Counted from the stretch's first letter, positions 48,630 to 58,865 are shown. The stretch: 64,000 bases of DNA from Candidatus Aenigmatarchaeota archaeon (GCA_026397315.1 JAPLVC010000001.1:128001-192000), one strand, 5' to 3'. Made by a program: numbers and translations. Notes: a model not told the origin generated them from the letters alone.

Positions 48630-49298
48630 CTATATTATTTTTGTGTCTGTCATCCTGATTTCTTTGGGGTCTATGACAATCTCATGGGGCACTTTCGGGT
48701 CGAAGCGCGCGTATCTCATCTTGTGGATGGTCATGATTCTCTGGGGCTTTTCCTCAAGCTCCAGGAACGAGAGCGAAAGCACGCCGTCGCACTCGAATGA
48801 TTCTCCGTTGCCCGTGTCTATGTGCTCGCCTCTCGTCTCGCAGATAAGGAGCGTGCACCCCATCTGCTTGAGGCTTTTCACGAGCTCGTACAGGTGTATC
48901 CTGTAGGAGCGCTCGTTCTCAGCGAAGATGAGCAGCTTGTTGACGTTATCGATAACGAGACGGTCCAGCTTTGGATAGGAAGCGATTATGTCTATGAACT
49001 TCTTCATGGTGATGTTCTCGCCGAGCGGTATGTGCTCTATGGCGAAATTCTTGCCGACGTATTTCTCCATGGTGCTGAGCGTTTCGATGCCTTTGCTAGC
49101 GCGGAGAAGTTCTTCTTTCGTCTCGTTAAGCGAGACGTAGCAGCACCTTTCCTTTTTGAGGATGCCTTCCATGAGGAAATTCATGGCGAAGAGCGTCTTG
49201 CCGGAGCCAGGCCCGCCTGAAACAAGGACCGTCGTTTTCCCCGGGAAGCCGCCGCCAAGCAGCTTGTCCAGCTTCTTAATGCCAGTGCTCATCGTCAT
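48630..49298 (-). CDS. Single-domain KaiC-like ATPase
   Basis: STGI..LD.LLGGG, GGPGSGKT, LVID, CDGVL.L, HKMR. Confidence 0.9.
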   Translation of the reverse strand: MTMSTGIKKLDKLLGGGFPGKTTVLVSGGPGSGKTLFAMNFLMEGILKKERCCYVSLNETKEELLRASKGIETLSTMEKYVGKNFAIEHIPLGENITMKKFIDIIASYPKLDRLVIDNVNKLLIFAENERSYRIHLYELVKSLKQMGCTLLICETRGEHIDTGNGESFECDGVLSLSFLELEEKPQRIMTIHKMRYARFDPKVPHEIVIDPKEIRMTDTKII

Positions 49299-49302
49299 AG
49301 TC

Positions 49303-49644
49303 TCACTCCTTAGCCTCCATGTCCTTGAAAACAGGTATGCCGAAAGCCGACTTCTTGATCTTTATGAGAAGGTACGTGTTGTCGTTGATGCTGAACATCC
49401 TGGCCGGGACCTTTTTCTCGAGGATCCTTATATCGAATTTCTCGAGTATCTTTTTGGGCAGCATGACCCTGTTGCTGTTGCCCAGCTTCCCCGTGGTCAG
49501 CAAATAGCTCATGAAAGTGTGGCTGGTGGGCACTAAAATCAGGTCGGAAGTGTTGTTGCTGAGCGTTTCGTATTCGGCCTTGGATATCTTGAGGTTTACC
49601 AGAACCTTGTCTCTCTTGACGTCTATTGTTTGTATCTCGGCCAT
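49303..49644 (-). CDS. Hypothetical protein, possibly AbrB-like
   Basis: GKLGNSNRVMLPKKIL resembles the AbrB G.S..V.LPK motif. Confidence 0.55.
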   Translation of the reverse strand: MAEIQTIDVKRDKVLVNLKISKAEYETLSNNTSDLILVPTSHTFMSYLLTTGKLGNSNRVMLPKKILEKFDIRILEKKVPARMFSINDNTYLLIKIKKSAFGIPVFKDMEAKE

Positions 49645-49741
49645 AAGTTATATATTTAGGCGTAATATTTAAACTTTTCCTGCTTTTTTGCTTACCCTGG
49701 ACGGCTGTGAAATTTATTAGCAGCGGATTCAATACGTTTAT

Positions 49742-50593
49742 ATGATTTTGCGCAAGAAGAAAAAACCGGCTTCTTCTGAAAAAATCAAGAAAGCCGAACC
49801 GGAAAAGGCGAAGCCCGTCGCTAGCGAGAAGCCGCTGTCTGCTAAGGCTAAGGAAAGCGAGAATTTCATAAAGACCGGCATAGAAGGCTTCGACGGCCTC
49901 ATCGAGAAAGGCATACCTAAGGGGTCAGCGATACTCATAGCGGGCGGCGCAGGCTCGGGCAAGACCATCATGTGCCTCCAGATACTGGCGCACGCCGCCA
50001 AGAACGGCAAAAAGGGCTTTTACATGTCCTTCGAGGAGTCAGAATCGCGTCTTCGAAAACACATGGAGGATTTCGGGTGGAATGCGACTGAATACGAGAA
50101 GAAAGGCAATCTCGTGATAAAGAGGATGAGCTCATACGAGATAGCGCGCGCGGTCGAGGGATTGCTAGCGAAGGAACGAGGCGAACTCCTTATCGACCTC
50201 GAGCCCATACTCCTGCCGGACAACTATAAACCAGACCTTGTGGTCATTGACTCGCTGAGCGCGATTGCTTCGTATTTCATGGGCAAGACCGGCCAATACA
50301 GGAGTTACGTCGAACAGTTATTCAGGTATTTCGAGCGCATGGGGACGACTTCATTCATGATAGCGGAAACGAAACAAATCCCTGAGGTATTCAGCCCGAC
50401 GGGTGTGGAAGAGTTCCTGGCTGATGGAGTCGTCGTGTTATACAACATCCGCAAGGGCGACATACGCGAGAACGCGATAGAAATACTCAAGCTCCGTGGC
50501 ACGAAGCACGTAAAAAAGATAGTCGCCATGCAGATAGTCGACAATCAGGGCATAGCTGTCTACCCTGACCAGGAAGTCTTCGGCGGACTCTGA
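49742..50593 (+). CDS. Single-domain KaiC-like ATPase with basic N-terminal tail
   Basis: KTGIEGFD, GGAGSGKT, SFEE, VVIDSLS, EEFLADGVV, LKLRG. Confidence 0.92.
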   Translation: MILRKKKKPASSEKIKKAEPEKAKPVASEKPLSAKAKESENFIKTGIEGFDGLIEKGIPKGSAILIAGGAGSGKTIMCLQILAHAAKNGKKGFYMSFEESESRLRKHMEDFGWNATEYEKKGNLVIKRMSSYEIARAVEGLLAKERGELLIDLEPILLPDNYKPDLVVIDSLSAIASYFMGKTGQYRSYVEQLFRYFERMGTTSFMIAETKQIPEVFSPTGVEEFLADGVVVLYNIRKGDIRENAIEILKLRGTKHVKKIVAMQIVDNQGIAVYPDQEVFGGL

Positions 50594-50620
50594 ATAATTT
50601 TTACAGTTTCTTTTCAAGTC

Positions 50621-50785
50621 TCAGTTCCAGACGACGCTGTCTTCCTGCTCGTTCTCGAGAACCAGGCCGAACGGCGTGAAGAAAGTCGAACATTTAGGAC
50701 AGACGAACGCTTCCGGCGTTTTGTTCCATATCCTGCCGTGCGCCCCGCATACGGGACATTTCTCATCGAACATACTACAGACCAT
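50621..50785 (-). CDS. Small Zn-finger protein of 50-54 aa (not in ORF track)
   Basis: Own translation MVCSMFDEKCPVCGAHG...FVCPKCSTFFTPFGLVLE...; follows rpl32e on the same strand. Confidence 0.7.
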   Translation of the reverse strand: MVCSMFDEKCPVCGAHGRIWNKTPEAFVCPKCSTFFTPFGLVLENEQEDSVVWN

Positions 50786-50824
50786 ACCCTCAAACAGCCG
50801 TGTTACGAAAAATACGCTGTCAAT

Positions 50825-51223
50825 TTACTTTTTGTTGGCAACTTTTATATTGTTTTTAACAGCGAACTCCATGATTGCAAAGCGCTTTCTCTTGCCGACA
50901 GTGCCGGCTATGACCGCCATGTCGTCCTTGCGGTTCAGTTTTTCCATGTCTTTCGTGTTCCTTACAAGGACTTCCCTGTAGCCCATCCTGTTAAGGCCGC
51001 GGACTGCGGCTGGCGAGCCGTATCCCACACGGGGAAGCGCTCCCCTGGCGACCTCGTGCTCGCGCTGCTTGGAATGTATGCCCCTCGGCTTGCGCCAATT
51101 GCGATCTAGCGTTTTCTTGCACCACCACTCCTGACGGAGGAATGACGGTTTTCTCTTTTTCATCTTCCTGCGAATCGCTAGAAGTTCCTCTTTGGTTTTA
51201 CCCGTCGCTTTTTCGTTGCTCAT
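50825..51223 (-). CDS. rpl32e: 50S ribosomal protein eL32
   Basis: KP.F.RQE, WRKPRGIHSKQR, P.VGYGSP..VRGL. Confidence 0.96.
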   Translation of the reverse strand: MSNEKATGKTKEELLAIRRKMKKRKPSFLRQEWWCKKTLDRNWRKPRGIHSKQREHEVARGALPRVGYGSPAAVRGLNRMGYREVLVRNTKDMEKLNRKDDMAVIAGTVGKRKRFAIMEFAVKNNIKVANKK

Positions 51224-51759
51224 TCCTCTCCCTCCAGGTATGGCTTCCTTGTTATGTAAAGGCCGTCTTGGAAAACACGCTTATCATAACCGCGTATCCT
51301 TGTCGTTTGCTCTATCCTGCCGCAAAGCTGGCCCACGCGCTCCTTGTCGTGGCCGGAGACTTTTATCAGGCTCTGGTCAAGTTCGACTTTTATGTCTGAC
51401 GGTATCGGAACGCTCCTCGGGCTTTTCTCGCCCAGGAAGTTGTCGATGAGAAGTCGTCCCTTGTCGACCTTGAGCTTTATCGGGAAGTGCGAGTAGACGA
51501 GCTTCAGCTCGGCTTTCCAACTCTTCTCGGTTCCCTTGAACATGTTCCTGACGAGCGTCTCCCAGGTGGTGACTATCGCTCGCACCTTCTTCCTCTCGTT
51601 CGGGGACGTTATGACTATTTTGCTCCCTTCGAGGCTCATGCCGAGCATGGGGTTGACGAAGACCTTGCTCGCTTCGCCTTTCTTGCCCTTGACAGTCAGC
51701 CTTCCGTCCGCTAACGACACGTTCACTCCTGCCGGGATTTCTATCTCGTTCTTAAGCAT
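51220..51759 (-). CDS. rpl6: 50S ribosomal protein uL6
   Basis: YSHFPI, NFLGEK, KERVGQ, DKRVFQDGLY. Confidence 0.96.
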   Translation of the reverse strand: MLKNEIEIPAGVNVSLADGRLTVKGKKGEASKVFVNPMLGMSLEGSKIVITSPNERKKVRAIVTTWETLVRNMFKGTEKSWKAELKLVYSHFPIKLKVDKGRLLIDNFLGEKSPRSVPIPSDIKVELDQSLIKVSGHDKERVGQLCGRIEQTTRIRGYDKRVFQDGLYITRKPYLEGEE

Positions 51760-51808
51760 AGGTTGCACCTGAAATATGAATATCTTTAGAAGGTAATATA
51801 TTTAAGCG

Positions 51809-53074
51809 TTATTTCTTTTTCTTGGCAGCGGCTTTCTTCTTTTCCTTCGCTTTCGCCGGCTTTTCCTCTTTCTCTGCCTTCTTTTTTACGGGTTTCTCGG
51901 CTTTCTCTTCCTTCTTCTCGGCCTTCGTCTCCTCCGCCTCGTCTTCGGGCTGCTCCACCTTGACCTCAGGCATGCGCCCGACGAGCGTGAACGCTCCGGT
52001 GCCCATGGGTATGACCTGGTTCATGATGATGTTTTCCACATGCCCCTTGAGCGGGTCGCGCATTCCTTCGATAGCCGCGGAGATGATGTGCTTCTTCGTC
52101 TCCTCGAAAGCCATTCTCGCAAGAACTGAGTCCTTGTTGCCTGCGATCCCGTATCGCCCGATGCCCATTATTTTGCCGCCGGATGTCATGAGATCGGCAA
52201 GCATTGAAACATAACGTATGTCGACACCGAGGCCCTGCTCCTCTATCGTGCCGACGGCTTCCTTGATTATCGAATTTCTCGCCGCTTCTACGCCAAAAAC
52301 GTCGTATATCTCGAACGGGTTGTTACATGTCGTTCTTGTCGTGTCGACGCCCTCGATGGCGAGAACCTTGTGCAGGTTCGAGCCAAGCGTCGATATCACC
52401 CATTCGTCGCCCTCTTCTTTGCTGACGATGACGTGTGAAATGTTTTTCACGCCCTTTATGTGGGTTTCCAGCAGCTTGTATTTCAGCTTGTGCAGGTTGA
52501 CGTTGTCCGCCTTCTTTGGCATGATTATGAGTTCCTTGCCCTTCGCCTCGACGTCGATGTTCTTCAGCTTGACGTGTTTCGGAAGGTCCTTCATGTCGAC
52601 GTCGAACTTCTTCAGCTTCTCGACATCCATATGGCATGTAATGGTGAGGTTTATCAGGTCTATGACGTTGCTGAGGACGAAGTCCTTGAGCTTGACTTCC
52701 TTGATTTTCTTGGCTATCTCTATCGCTTTGGTCTCGCTGCCGTGCTCCGGATCGAGATATATGGTCATGCTCGGGGTCTCGGGCTCTTTCTTCGCATCGA
52801 AAATCTCGGCCAGACGCGGCAGGCCCAGCGTGACTTGTATGCCTGCGGTTCCTGCGAAGTGGTATGTTCGCATCGTCATCTGCGTCGCGGGCTCGGAAAG
52901 AGACTGGGCGCTCACGACTCCGACCGCTTCCTCAGGGTCATACATGGACATGCGGTAGAAATGCTTTACTTTTTCGACTATCTCGTGCTTCTTCTCGCTC
53001 TCGATGCCCTTCTTCTTGCAGTATTCATCGATTTCTTCCCTGATTTTCAGCGGCAGATCTGTCATCATAATCAC
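51809..53074 (-). CDS. rpo1C: RNA polymerase subunit A'' (Rpo1C)
   Basis: AQSLSEPATQMTMRTYHFAG, TLGLPRL, ARMAFE, ENII..Q...GTG. Confidence 0.97.
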   Translation of the reverse strand: MIMMTDLPLKIREEIDEYCKKKGIESEKKHEIVEKVKHFYRMSMYDPEEAVGVVSAQSLSEPATQMTMRTYHFAGTAGIQVTLGLPRLAEIFDAKKEPETPSMTIYLDPEHGSETKAIEIAKKIKEVKLKDFVLSNVIDLINLTITCHMDVEKLKKFDVDMKDLPKHVKLKNIDVEAKGKELIIMPKKADNVNLHKLKYKLLETHIKGVKNISHVIVSKEEGDEWVISTLGSNLHKVLAIEGVDTTRTTCNNPFEIYDVFGVEAARNSIIKEAVGTIEEQGLGVDIRYVSMLADLMTSGGKIMGIGRYGIAGNKDSVLARMAFEETKKHIISAAIEGMRDPLKGHVENIIMNQVIPMGTGAFTLVGRMPEVKVEQPEDEAEETKAEKKEEKAEKPVKKKAEKEEKPAKAKEKKKAAAKKKK

Positions 53075-55569
53075 CCGTGCTCCACGAAGTCAATCCAGTT
53101 CAGCTTGCCCCAGTCCGATTTGGACGGGTCGATGCCGTCGTCGCCCACGAAGAACTGTATTATGTTGCCGTTCGAGTCGCGCACGCTCATGTCTCCGCAG
53201 ACCTTGAGGTCCTGCAGCGAATTCATCAGTCGTCGCTGCATGTAACCCGACTTTCTCGTACGCAGTGACTTGTCCATCAGGCCTTCTCGTCCGTTCATGA
53301 CGTTCCAGAAGAACTCGAAAGGCGTCAGCCCCTGCTTGAATCCTCTCGCTACGAAGCCCCTGGTAGCGGCTGAAAGGTCACCCACTTTGAAGTGCGTCGT
53401 CGTGCGTCCGAGATAGCCGCGCTGTATGCGTTTTCCGAGGATGGTCTCGGAGCCTACGCACGCGGACATCTGGGTCGTGTTGATGTTCGAACCCTTCGCG
53501 CCGGACTGCGACATCACGAGGATGTCGCTCGGCCTGATGTTTTTTATCATGATCTCGCTGACCGTGTTGAGACCCTCGGCCAGCGTGGAAAGTATCTGTG
53601 TCTCTAACGAATCTTCGGGCGTCATGCCCGGAAGAACCTTGAGCTTGTCCTCGTTGAACTTGATTACAAGCTTGTCGGCGTCTTTCATGGACGTCTGTAT
53701 CTCTTCGCTTATGATGTTCTCGATCCTTGTCGGGACGTCGAGATCCGAGATGCCTATGGAGAAGCCCCTCATCATGAGATACGATACGCCAAGCCTGCCG
53801 AGCCTGTCGATGAAGTTCTTCAGTTCATCGTCAGCGACGAGCCGCCTGATCTTGTTGAGCATCTTGCCCTTGAACGCGCCTGCAGCTCTCGTGTCTAGCA
53901 CGCCCGTCTTCAGCACGCCGTCTTTGATAGAAACCCACATGTCGTGCTTGCATTCATCTTTAAGGCACTTGTCGCATTCCTTGCACGCATTGGCCTTGAA
54001 GTACATGTTGAGCTTCTTGGGCAGAAGCAGACTGACTATGTCCTTGCCCGTGAACGTATCCTTGTCGGGCAGCTCGATGTCTATCGCCGCCCTTGAGAAA
54101 AGCTCCGCAGTCTCTTTCCTGCCGAGAACTGTTTCCTTGCTTGTGAGAAGGAACAGGCCGGATATGTGGTCCAGGTCGAGACCGACAAGCGGGCCGCCGA
54201 ACCTCGGTGAGATGATGTTGTTCTTGACTTCCATGAGCATTGACGCTTCGACCTGCGCTTCCTCCGACTGCAGCGCGTGTATGTTCATCTCGTCGCCGTC
54301 GAAGTCTGCGTTGTACGGAGCGCATACGCTCGGGTTCATGCGGAACGTCCTGTACGGCATGACCTTTACCCTGTGAACCATTATAGAAACCCTGTGCAGC
54401 GAGGGCTGCCTGTTGAAAAGCACGACATCGCCATCTTTCAGCTGCCTGTCCACGCTCCAGCCAATCGCGAGGTTGGTTATTATGTCTTTCCTGTTTTCAT
54501 CCGTAACTTTTATCTTGCGGCCGTCAGGCCTTGTGATGTAGTTGACCCTGCCGTCCTTTATCAGCTCTTTTATGTTCTTGGCATTGAGCGTGGTGATGGT
54601 CTCGGGAATCGTGAGCTCTCTGGCGACTTCGACCGCGGGTATGCCGACCTCGTTTATCGAGAGTGTCGGATCGGGTGATATGACCGTGCGCGAGGAATAG
54701 TTTACCCTCTTTCCCAAGAGGTTGCCGCGTATGCGCCCTTCCTTAGCTTTCAGCCTCTGTATTATGCCTTTCAGCGGTCGGCCTGAACGATGTCTCGCCT
54801 GCGGGATGCCTGTAAGCTCGTTGTCGAAATACGTCGCGACATGATACTGCAGCAGTTCCCAGAGGTCGTTGAGAATGAATTCCGGCGCGCCGATGTCTAT
54901 GTTCTCCTTCAGCGACTGGTTTATGCGGACGATGTCGACAAGCTTGTGCGTTAGATCGTCTTCGGAGCGCTCTCCAGTCTCGAGGGTAATGCTCGGTCTC
55001 ATCGTGACCGGAGGGATGGGGAATAACGTAAGCGTGAGCCATTCAGGACGTCCGCCGCGGAAGCCGATTTTCTGTAGATCCTCGCCTTTTACGCGCTCGA
55101 ACCATTCCCTTATCTGCATGGGGTTGAGCTCTTCCTTGCCGAGATAATAAGTGTAAGGCTTGGCGAACGTGACTTTGCCCTGCTGTTTGTCGCAGTGGGT
55201 GCATTTCCTCATCGGCGCCTTTGCAACCTGGTCCAGCGAGATGGGATTCCTGTGAAGGATGTGCCCGCATTTGGAGCACGAGGCCTTAAGCAACTGGTAA
55301 ATCTGCTTGGTGTACATGACATGTATGACCGGCCTTGCCAGCTCCACGTAACCGAAGTGGCCAACGCAGTCGCCTATCGTGCTGCCGCATGTCCTGCAAC
55401 GGAGACCTGGATCGACGACGCCCATTCTCGGGTCCATCGCTCCTCCGTCGACCGGGTAGCCGTCCGCATCGTATAAATCGGACGTCACTATTCGCACAGT
55501 CGCTAGCGACTTGACCATGCTCGGTGAGAGCAGGCCGAAATCAATCGAATTGATTTTTGACAAAGTCAT
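53071..55569 (-). CDS. rpo1N: RNA polymerase subunit A' (Rpo1N)
   Basis: YNADFDGDEMN catalytic motif, NRQPSLH, SGYMQRRL. Confidence 0.98.
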   Translation of the reverse strand: MTLSKINSIDFGLLSPSMVKSLATVRIVTSDLYDADGYPVDGGAMDPRMGVVDPGLRCRTCGSTIGDCVGHFGYVELARPVIHVMYTKQIYQLLKASCSKCGHILHRNPISLDQVAKAPMRKCTHCDKQQGKVTFAKPYTYYLGKEELNPMQIREWFERVKGEDLQKIGFRGGRPEWLTLTLFPIPPVTMRPSITLETGERSEDDLTHKLVDIVRINQSLKENIDIGAPEFILNDLWELLQYHVATYFDNELTGIPQARHRSGRPLKGIIQRLKAKEGRIRGNLLGKRVNYSSRTVISPDPTLSINEVGIPAVEVARELTIPETITTLNAKNIKELIKDGRVNYITRPDGRKIKVTDENRKDIITNLAIGWSVDRQLKDGDVVLFNRQPSLHRVSIMVHRVKVMPYRTFRMNPSVCAPYNADFDGDEMNIHALQSEEAQVEASMLMEVKNNIISPRFGGPLVGLDLDHISGLFLLTSKETVLGRKETAELFSRAAIDIELPDKDTFTGKDIVSLLLPKKLNMYFKANACKECDKCLKDECKHDMWVSIKDGVLKTGVLDTRAAGAFKGKMLNKIRRLVADDELKNFIDRLGRLGVSYLMMRGFSIGISDLDVPTRIENIISEEIQTSMKDADKLVIKFNEDKLKVLPGMTPEDSLETQILSTLAEGLNTVSEIMIKNIRPSDILVMSQSGAKGSNINTTQMSACVGSETILGKRIQRGYLGRTTTHFKVGDLSAATRGFVARGFKQGLTPFEFFWNVMNGREGLMDKSLRTRKSGYMQRRLMNSLQDLKVCGDMSVRDSNGNIIQFFVGDDGIDPSKSDWGKLNWIDFVEHG

Positions 55570-55578
55570 AATGACACC

Positions 55579-57381
55579 TCAAACTTCCACGACGTTCAGC
55601 TTCGGGTAGACACCGAGCGATTTCAGCTCGTCCATCGTCAGCTTGAACGCGTACGAAGTGCTGACCCACAGGATTTTCGAATCCTTGCACACGGGACAGT
55701 AAGTCTTGTTCTTCGCCTTGTCGTTTATCGCTATAAGGCCGCACGACTGGCAGATGGGAAGCGACGTTTCGTCGGAGTTGAAGCGTTCCTTGAGTGTAAG
55801 CGCTGCGCCGTGCCCTACCAGGCACTGCTGCTCCATCTCGCCGAGACGAAGCCCGCCGCGCTTCGAGCGGCCCTCGGTCGGCTGTCTCGTAAGAAGCGTT
55901 ACCGGTCCTTTCGAGCGTGCGTGTATCTTGTCCGCGACCATGTGGTCCAGCTTCATGTAGTATGCTATTCCCGTGAAAATCATAACCTCGAATTTCTTGC
56001 CCGTGCGTCCGTCGTATAACGTTTCTTTCCCGTCGTCGCGGAAGCCGAGCTTCTTCAGCTCTTTCCTTATGTTCTCTTCCCTGGTTCCGGAGAAAGCGGA
56101 CGAGTCGATTTTTTCACCAGCGATTGAGCCGTATTTGCCCGAAAGCAGCTCAAGCAGCTGGCTGACGGTCATACGAGATGGAATGCCGTGCGGGTTGAAC
56201 AATAAGTCAGGCACGATGCCTTCCTTAGTGAATGGCATGTCCTCCTGCGGCACGAGCAACGCCGTTACGCCTTTCTGCCCGTGCCTCGTGGCGAACTTGT
56301 CTCCAAGCTCCGGTATGCGCTCGTCCCTTGTCCTTATCTTGAAAAGCTGCTCACCGCTCACCGTCTCGCTTATCAGCACGCGATCGATTATGCCGCGCTC
56401 GCCGTAGCGTATCGTGACCGACGATTCTCGCTTGTTTTCAATATCAGTCGTGAAATCGCCACCCGTCAGGAAACGGAGCGGTGAAGTCTTGCTTACAAGG
56501 ACCGAATCCGATTCGACGTTGGTCTCCGGGTTGATTACGCCGTCTTCAGGGATGTCCTTGTAGGCTTCCTCGCCCCTGTATCCCTTTATGCCCGGCTCGG
56601 GGATCGCTATAACGTCTTCCTGGCCGCCCCAGTAGCGTTTTCGAATGGTTTCATAAGTCCTGAAGTAGAATGAGCGGAACATGCCGCGATCGACGGAACC
56701 TTTGTTGAGCACGACTGCGTCGTTCATGTTGAAGCCGTCCCAGCACATGACCGCGACCACGATATTCTGGCCGTATGGATGCTGCTTGAGAATCTTGTCC
56801 GTCGCCGTATCTACGAGCGGCATTTGCGCGTAAGTGAGGACGTTGAACTTCGTGTCCGTCCTGACCTGGAAGTTGTCTATGGGCGCGCCTATCGCCTGTC
56901 CGACCATCTTCGCTCCGTAGTTGACGCGGTCGCCACGGTTGTATTCAGGGAATGGCGTAAGGCTTGCTGAAATGCCAAGTATGAGAAGCGGGTTTATCTC
57001 CGCGTGCGTGTGCTCTTTGTTGACTTTTTCTATGTCGATTGCTATGTAACTGTTTTCTTCCTCTTCAGCGTCTACGTATTCGATTATGCCGTGCTTGACC
57101 AGGAAGCTCCAGTTTATCTTGCCGGCCTTGAGCTTTTCGATGTGTTCCTTCGTAAGCTTCGGCTTGCCATCCTCCACGACGACGAGCGGCCTTCTGGCGC
57201 GTCCCGAATCGGTGTTTATCCTTATCTCGCCGAACTCGGTGTGATAAGAAACATTCATCTGGTCGGGCAGTATGCCGTGCCTTCTCTTCTTCCTCAAATC
57301 TTCGACTACATCCTCCGGCTTGTCCGTCGTGCCGACGAAATCGCCGTTGAAATATATGTCAGCTTCTGATTTGCCTTTCAT
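55579..57381 (-). CDS. rpo2C: RNA polymerase subunit B' (Rpo2C)
   Basis: GDKFATRHGQKG, PSRMT, RQPTEGR...GGLRLGEME. Confidence 0.97.
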   Translation of the reverse strand: MKGKSEADIYFNGDFVGTTDKPEDVVEDLRKKRRHGILPDQMNVSYHTEFGEIRINTDSGRARRPLVVVEDGKPKLTKEHIEKLKAGKINWSFLVKHGIIEYVDAEEEENSYIAIDIEKVNKEHTHAEINPLLILGISASLTPFPEYNRGDRVNYGAKMVGQAIGAPIDNFQVRTDTKFNVLTYAQMPLVDTATDKILKQHPYGQNIVVAVMCWDGFNMNDAVVLNKGSVDRGMFRSFYFRTYETIRKRYWGGQEDVIAIPEPGIKGYRGEEAYKDIPEDGVINPETNVESDSVLVSKTSPLRFLTGGDFTTDIENKRESSVTIRYGERGIIDRVLISETVSGEQLFKIRTRDERIPELGDKFATRHGQKGVTALLVPQEDMPFTKEGIVPDLLFNPHGIPSRMTVSQLLELLSGKYGSIAGEKIDSSAFSGTREENIRKELKKLGFRDDGKETLYDGRTGKKFEVMIFTGIAYYMKLDHMVADKIHARSKGPVTLLTRQPTEGRSKRGGLRLGEMEQQCLVGHGAALTLKERFNSDETSLPICQSCGLIAINDKAKNKTYCPVCKDSKILWVSTSYAFKLTMDELKSLGVYPKLNVVEV

Positions 57382-58865
57382 TTCTTTCCACCCTGCTTTT
57401 CTCCATGCAAAAGATTAAGTATGTTGTCGTCTTCCTCTTTCGATACGCCTGGCGTTATTTCCGTCAGCAGCGCCAAATGCTTTCGAAGCCCGATTGAGCT
57501 GCCTTCTGGCGTTTCGGCCGGGCACAAGCGACCCCATTCGGTCGGATGAATCTGCCTCGCCTTGAAATGCTCCTGCGTTGGCGTCAGGGGCGAGAGAACC
57601 GAACGCAAGTGAGAAACCGTCTTTATGTAAGAACTTCTGTCCAGGCGCTGCGATACGCCAGTGCGCCCGCCTATCCACGTTCCGGTCGCCAGCGACGAAA
57701 GAATCTGCTTCGTCACGGTGTTTGCCTCTATTATTGACTGGACTGACGGGAACTTGCCTCTCTTGACAAGTTTCTGGTAGTTGTAAGTCATCTTCGCTAT
57801 AAGGCCCCATCGTCCCAGAAGTATGGAGCGGAACAACTGCCCGAACAGTTCGCCAGACATTAGTAACCGCTTGTTCGAGTAGTGGTCTATGTCATCCTCT
57901 GGTGAGAGATCGAGTCTTATGTATATGCACTTCCTGATTATCCTCGCCAGGTATTTGCTCTTCCTTATCCTGTCGCCTACCTCCTGGCCCAGATGGGGCA
58001 GCAGGTAGCGGTCAAGGATCTGGTTTACCCTTTCATCTATGTAATCTTTGGTAACCTTGAGTTTCTTGCCTATGTAATCGACCGCTTCCTCCGTCGTTAT
58101 GACGTCGGTCTCGTAAAGGTTCGTGTAGAACTCGTTAAGAATCTTGTCTTCCCTCGAGACGAGGTCGCAAAGTTCCTTGTCGTTCTCCAGGCCCAGCGCC
58201 TTCATGAGGACGACTATCGGCAGCTTCTTGATGTTGGCAAACGAGATGGTTATTTCTCCGTCGGGCTTCATTTCGACCAGGTGACGCTGCTTGAATCCCG
58301 ACTTCTCGGAGTTTATCCTCACGGACACGCCGCTGTTTTCGGTTTTCTCGAAAATCGGCTTGTTCGAAGTGATTTCCTCGATTAAAACCAGCACGCGTTC
58401 GGTACCATTGACGACGAAGTATCCCCCAGGGTCGGTCGGGTCTTCGCCCGCGGCGATCAGCTCTTCGTCAGAGATGCCGGTAAGGTTGCATATCTTGGAT
58501 TTGACCATGACGGGCAGGTCGCCTACGTGGACCGTTTCCGACTTCTCCTGCACGCCGTTGAAAATGGGAGTGAGTTTGACGTAAATGGGCGCCATGTAGT
58601 TCAGGTTGCGTATTCTCGCCTCGTTCGGGTATATCGCTCTGCTCGAGCCGTCCGCTTCGTGGACGACGGGCTTGCCCAAAGCGACCTCGCCGAACTTTAT
58701 CTTCAGGTCTTCCTTGTCCTGCACGACGCGAATGGTGCCGACCTCATTTATGATTTTCTGCAGGCCGAAGTCAATGAAGTTATTGAAAGACTCGACCTGA
58801 TATCGCACCCATTCCTTTTCCTTCCCGAAACCGCCAACTATAGTGACAACCGACATACAAATCAC
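57378..58865 (-). CDS. rpo2N: RNA polymerase subunit B'' (Rpo2N)
   Basis: PNEARIRNL, DPGGYFVVNGTERV, WGRLCPAETPEG. Confidence 0.97.
   Translation of the reverse strand: MICMSVVTIVGGFGKEKEWVRYQVESFNNFIDFGLQKIINEVGTIRVVQDKEDLKIKFGEVALGKPVVHEADGSSRAIYPNEARIRNLNYMAPIYVKLTPIFNGVQEKSETVHVGDLPVMVKSKICNLTGISDEELIAAGEDPTDPGGYFVVNGTERVLVLIEEITSNKPIFEKTENSGVSVRINSEKSGFKQRHLVEMKPDGEITISFANIKKLPIVVLMKALGLENDKELCDLVSREDKILNEFYTNLYETDVITTEEAVDYIGKKLKVTKDYIDERVNQILDRYLLPHLGQEVGDRIRKSKYLARIIRKCIYIRLDLSPEDDIDHYSNKRLLMSGELFGQLFRSILLGRWGLIAKMTYNYQKLVKRGKFPSVQSIIEANTVTKQILSSLATGTWIGGRTGVSQRLDRSSYIKTVSHLRSVLSPLTPTQEHFKARQIHPTEWGRLCPAETPEGSSIGLRKHLALLTEITPGVSKEEDDNILNLLHGEKQGGKK

Noticed and set aside
48630-50593. 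Circadian clock (kaiABC)
   Set aside because: Single-domain ATPases without the KaiC Ser-Thr phosphosites and with no kaiA or kaiB
51809-51960. Lys/Glu/Ala-rich C-terminal tail of Rpo1C
   Set aside because: Low-complexity charged tails are common and nothing points to a specific role
55579-58865. Split RpoB as a novelty or frameshift
   Set aside because: The B''/B' split is well known in several archaeal lineages and both halves are intact
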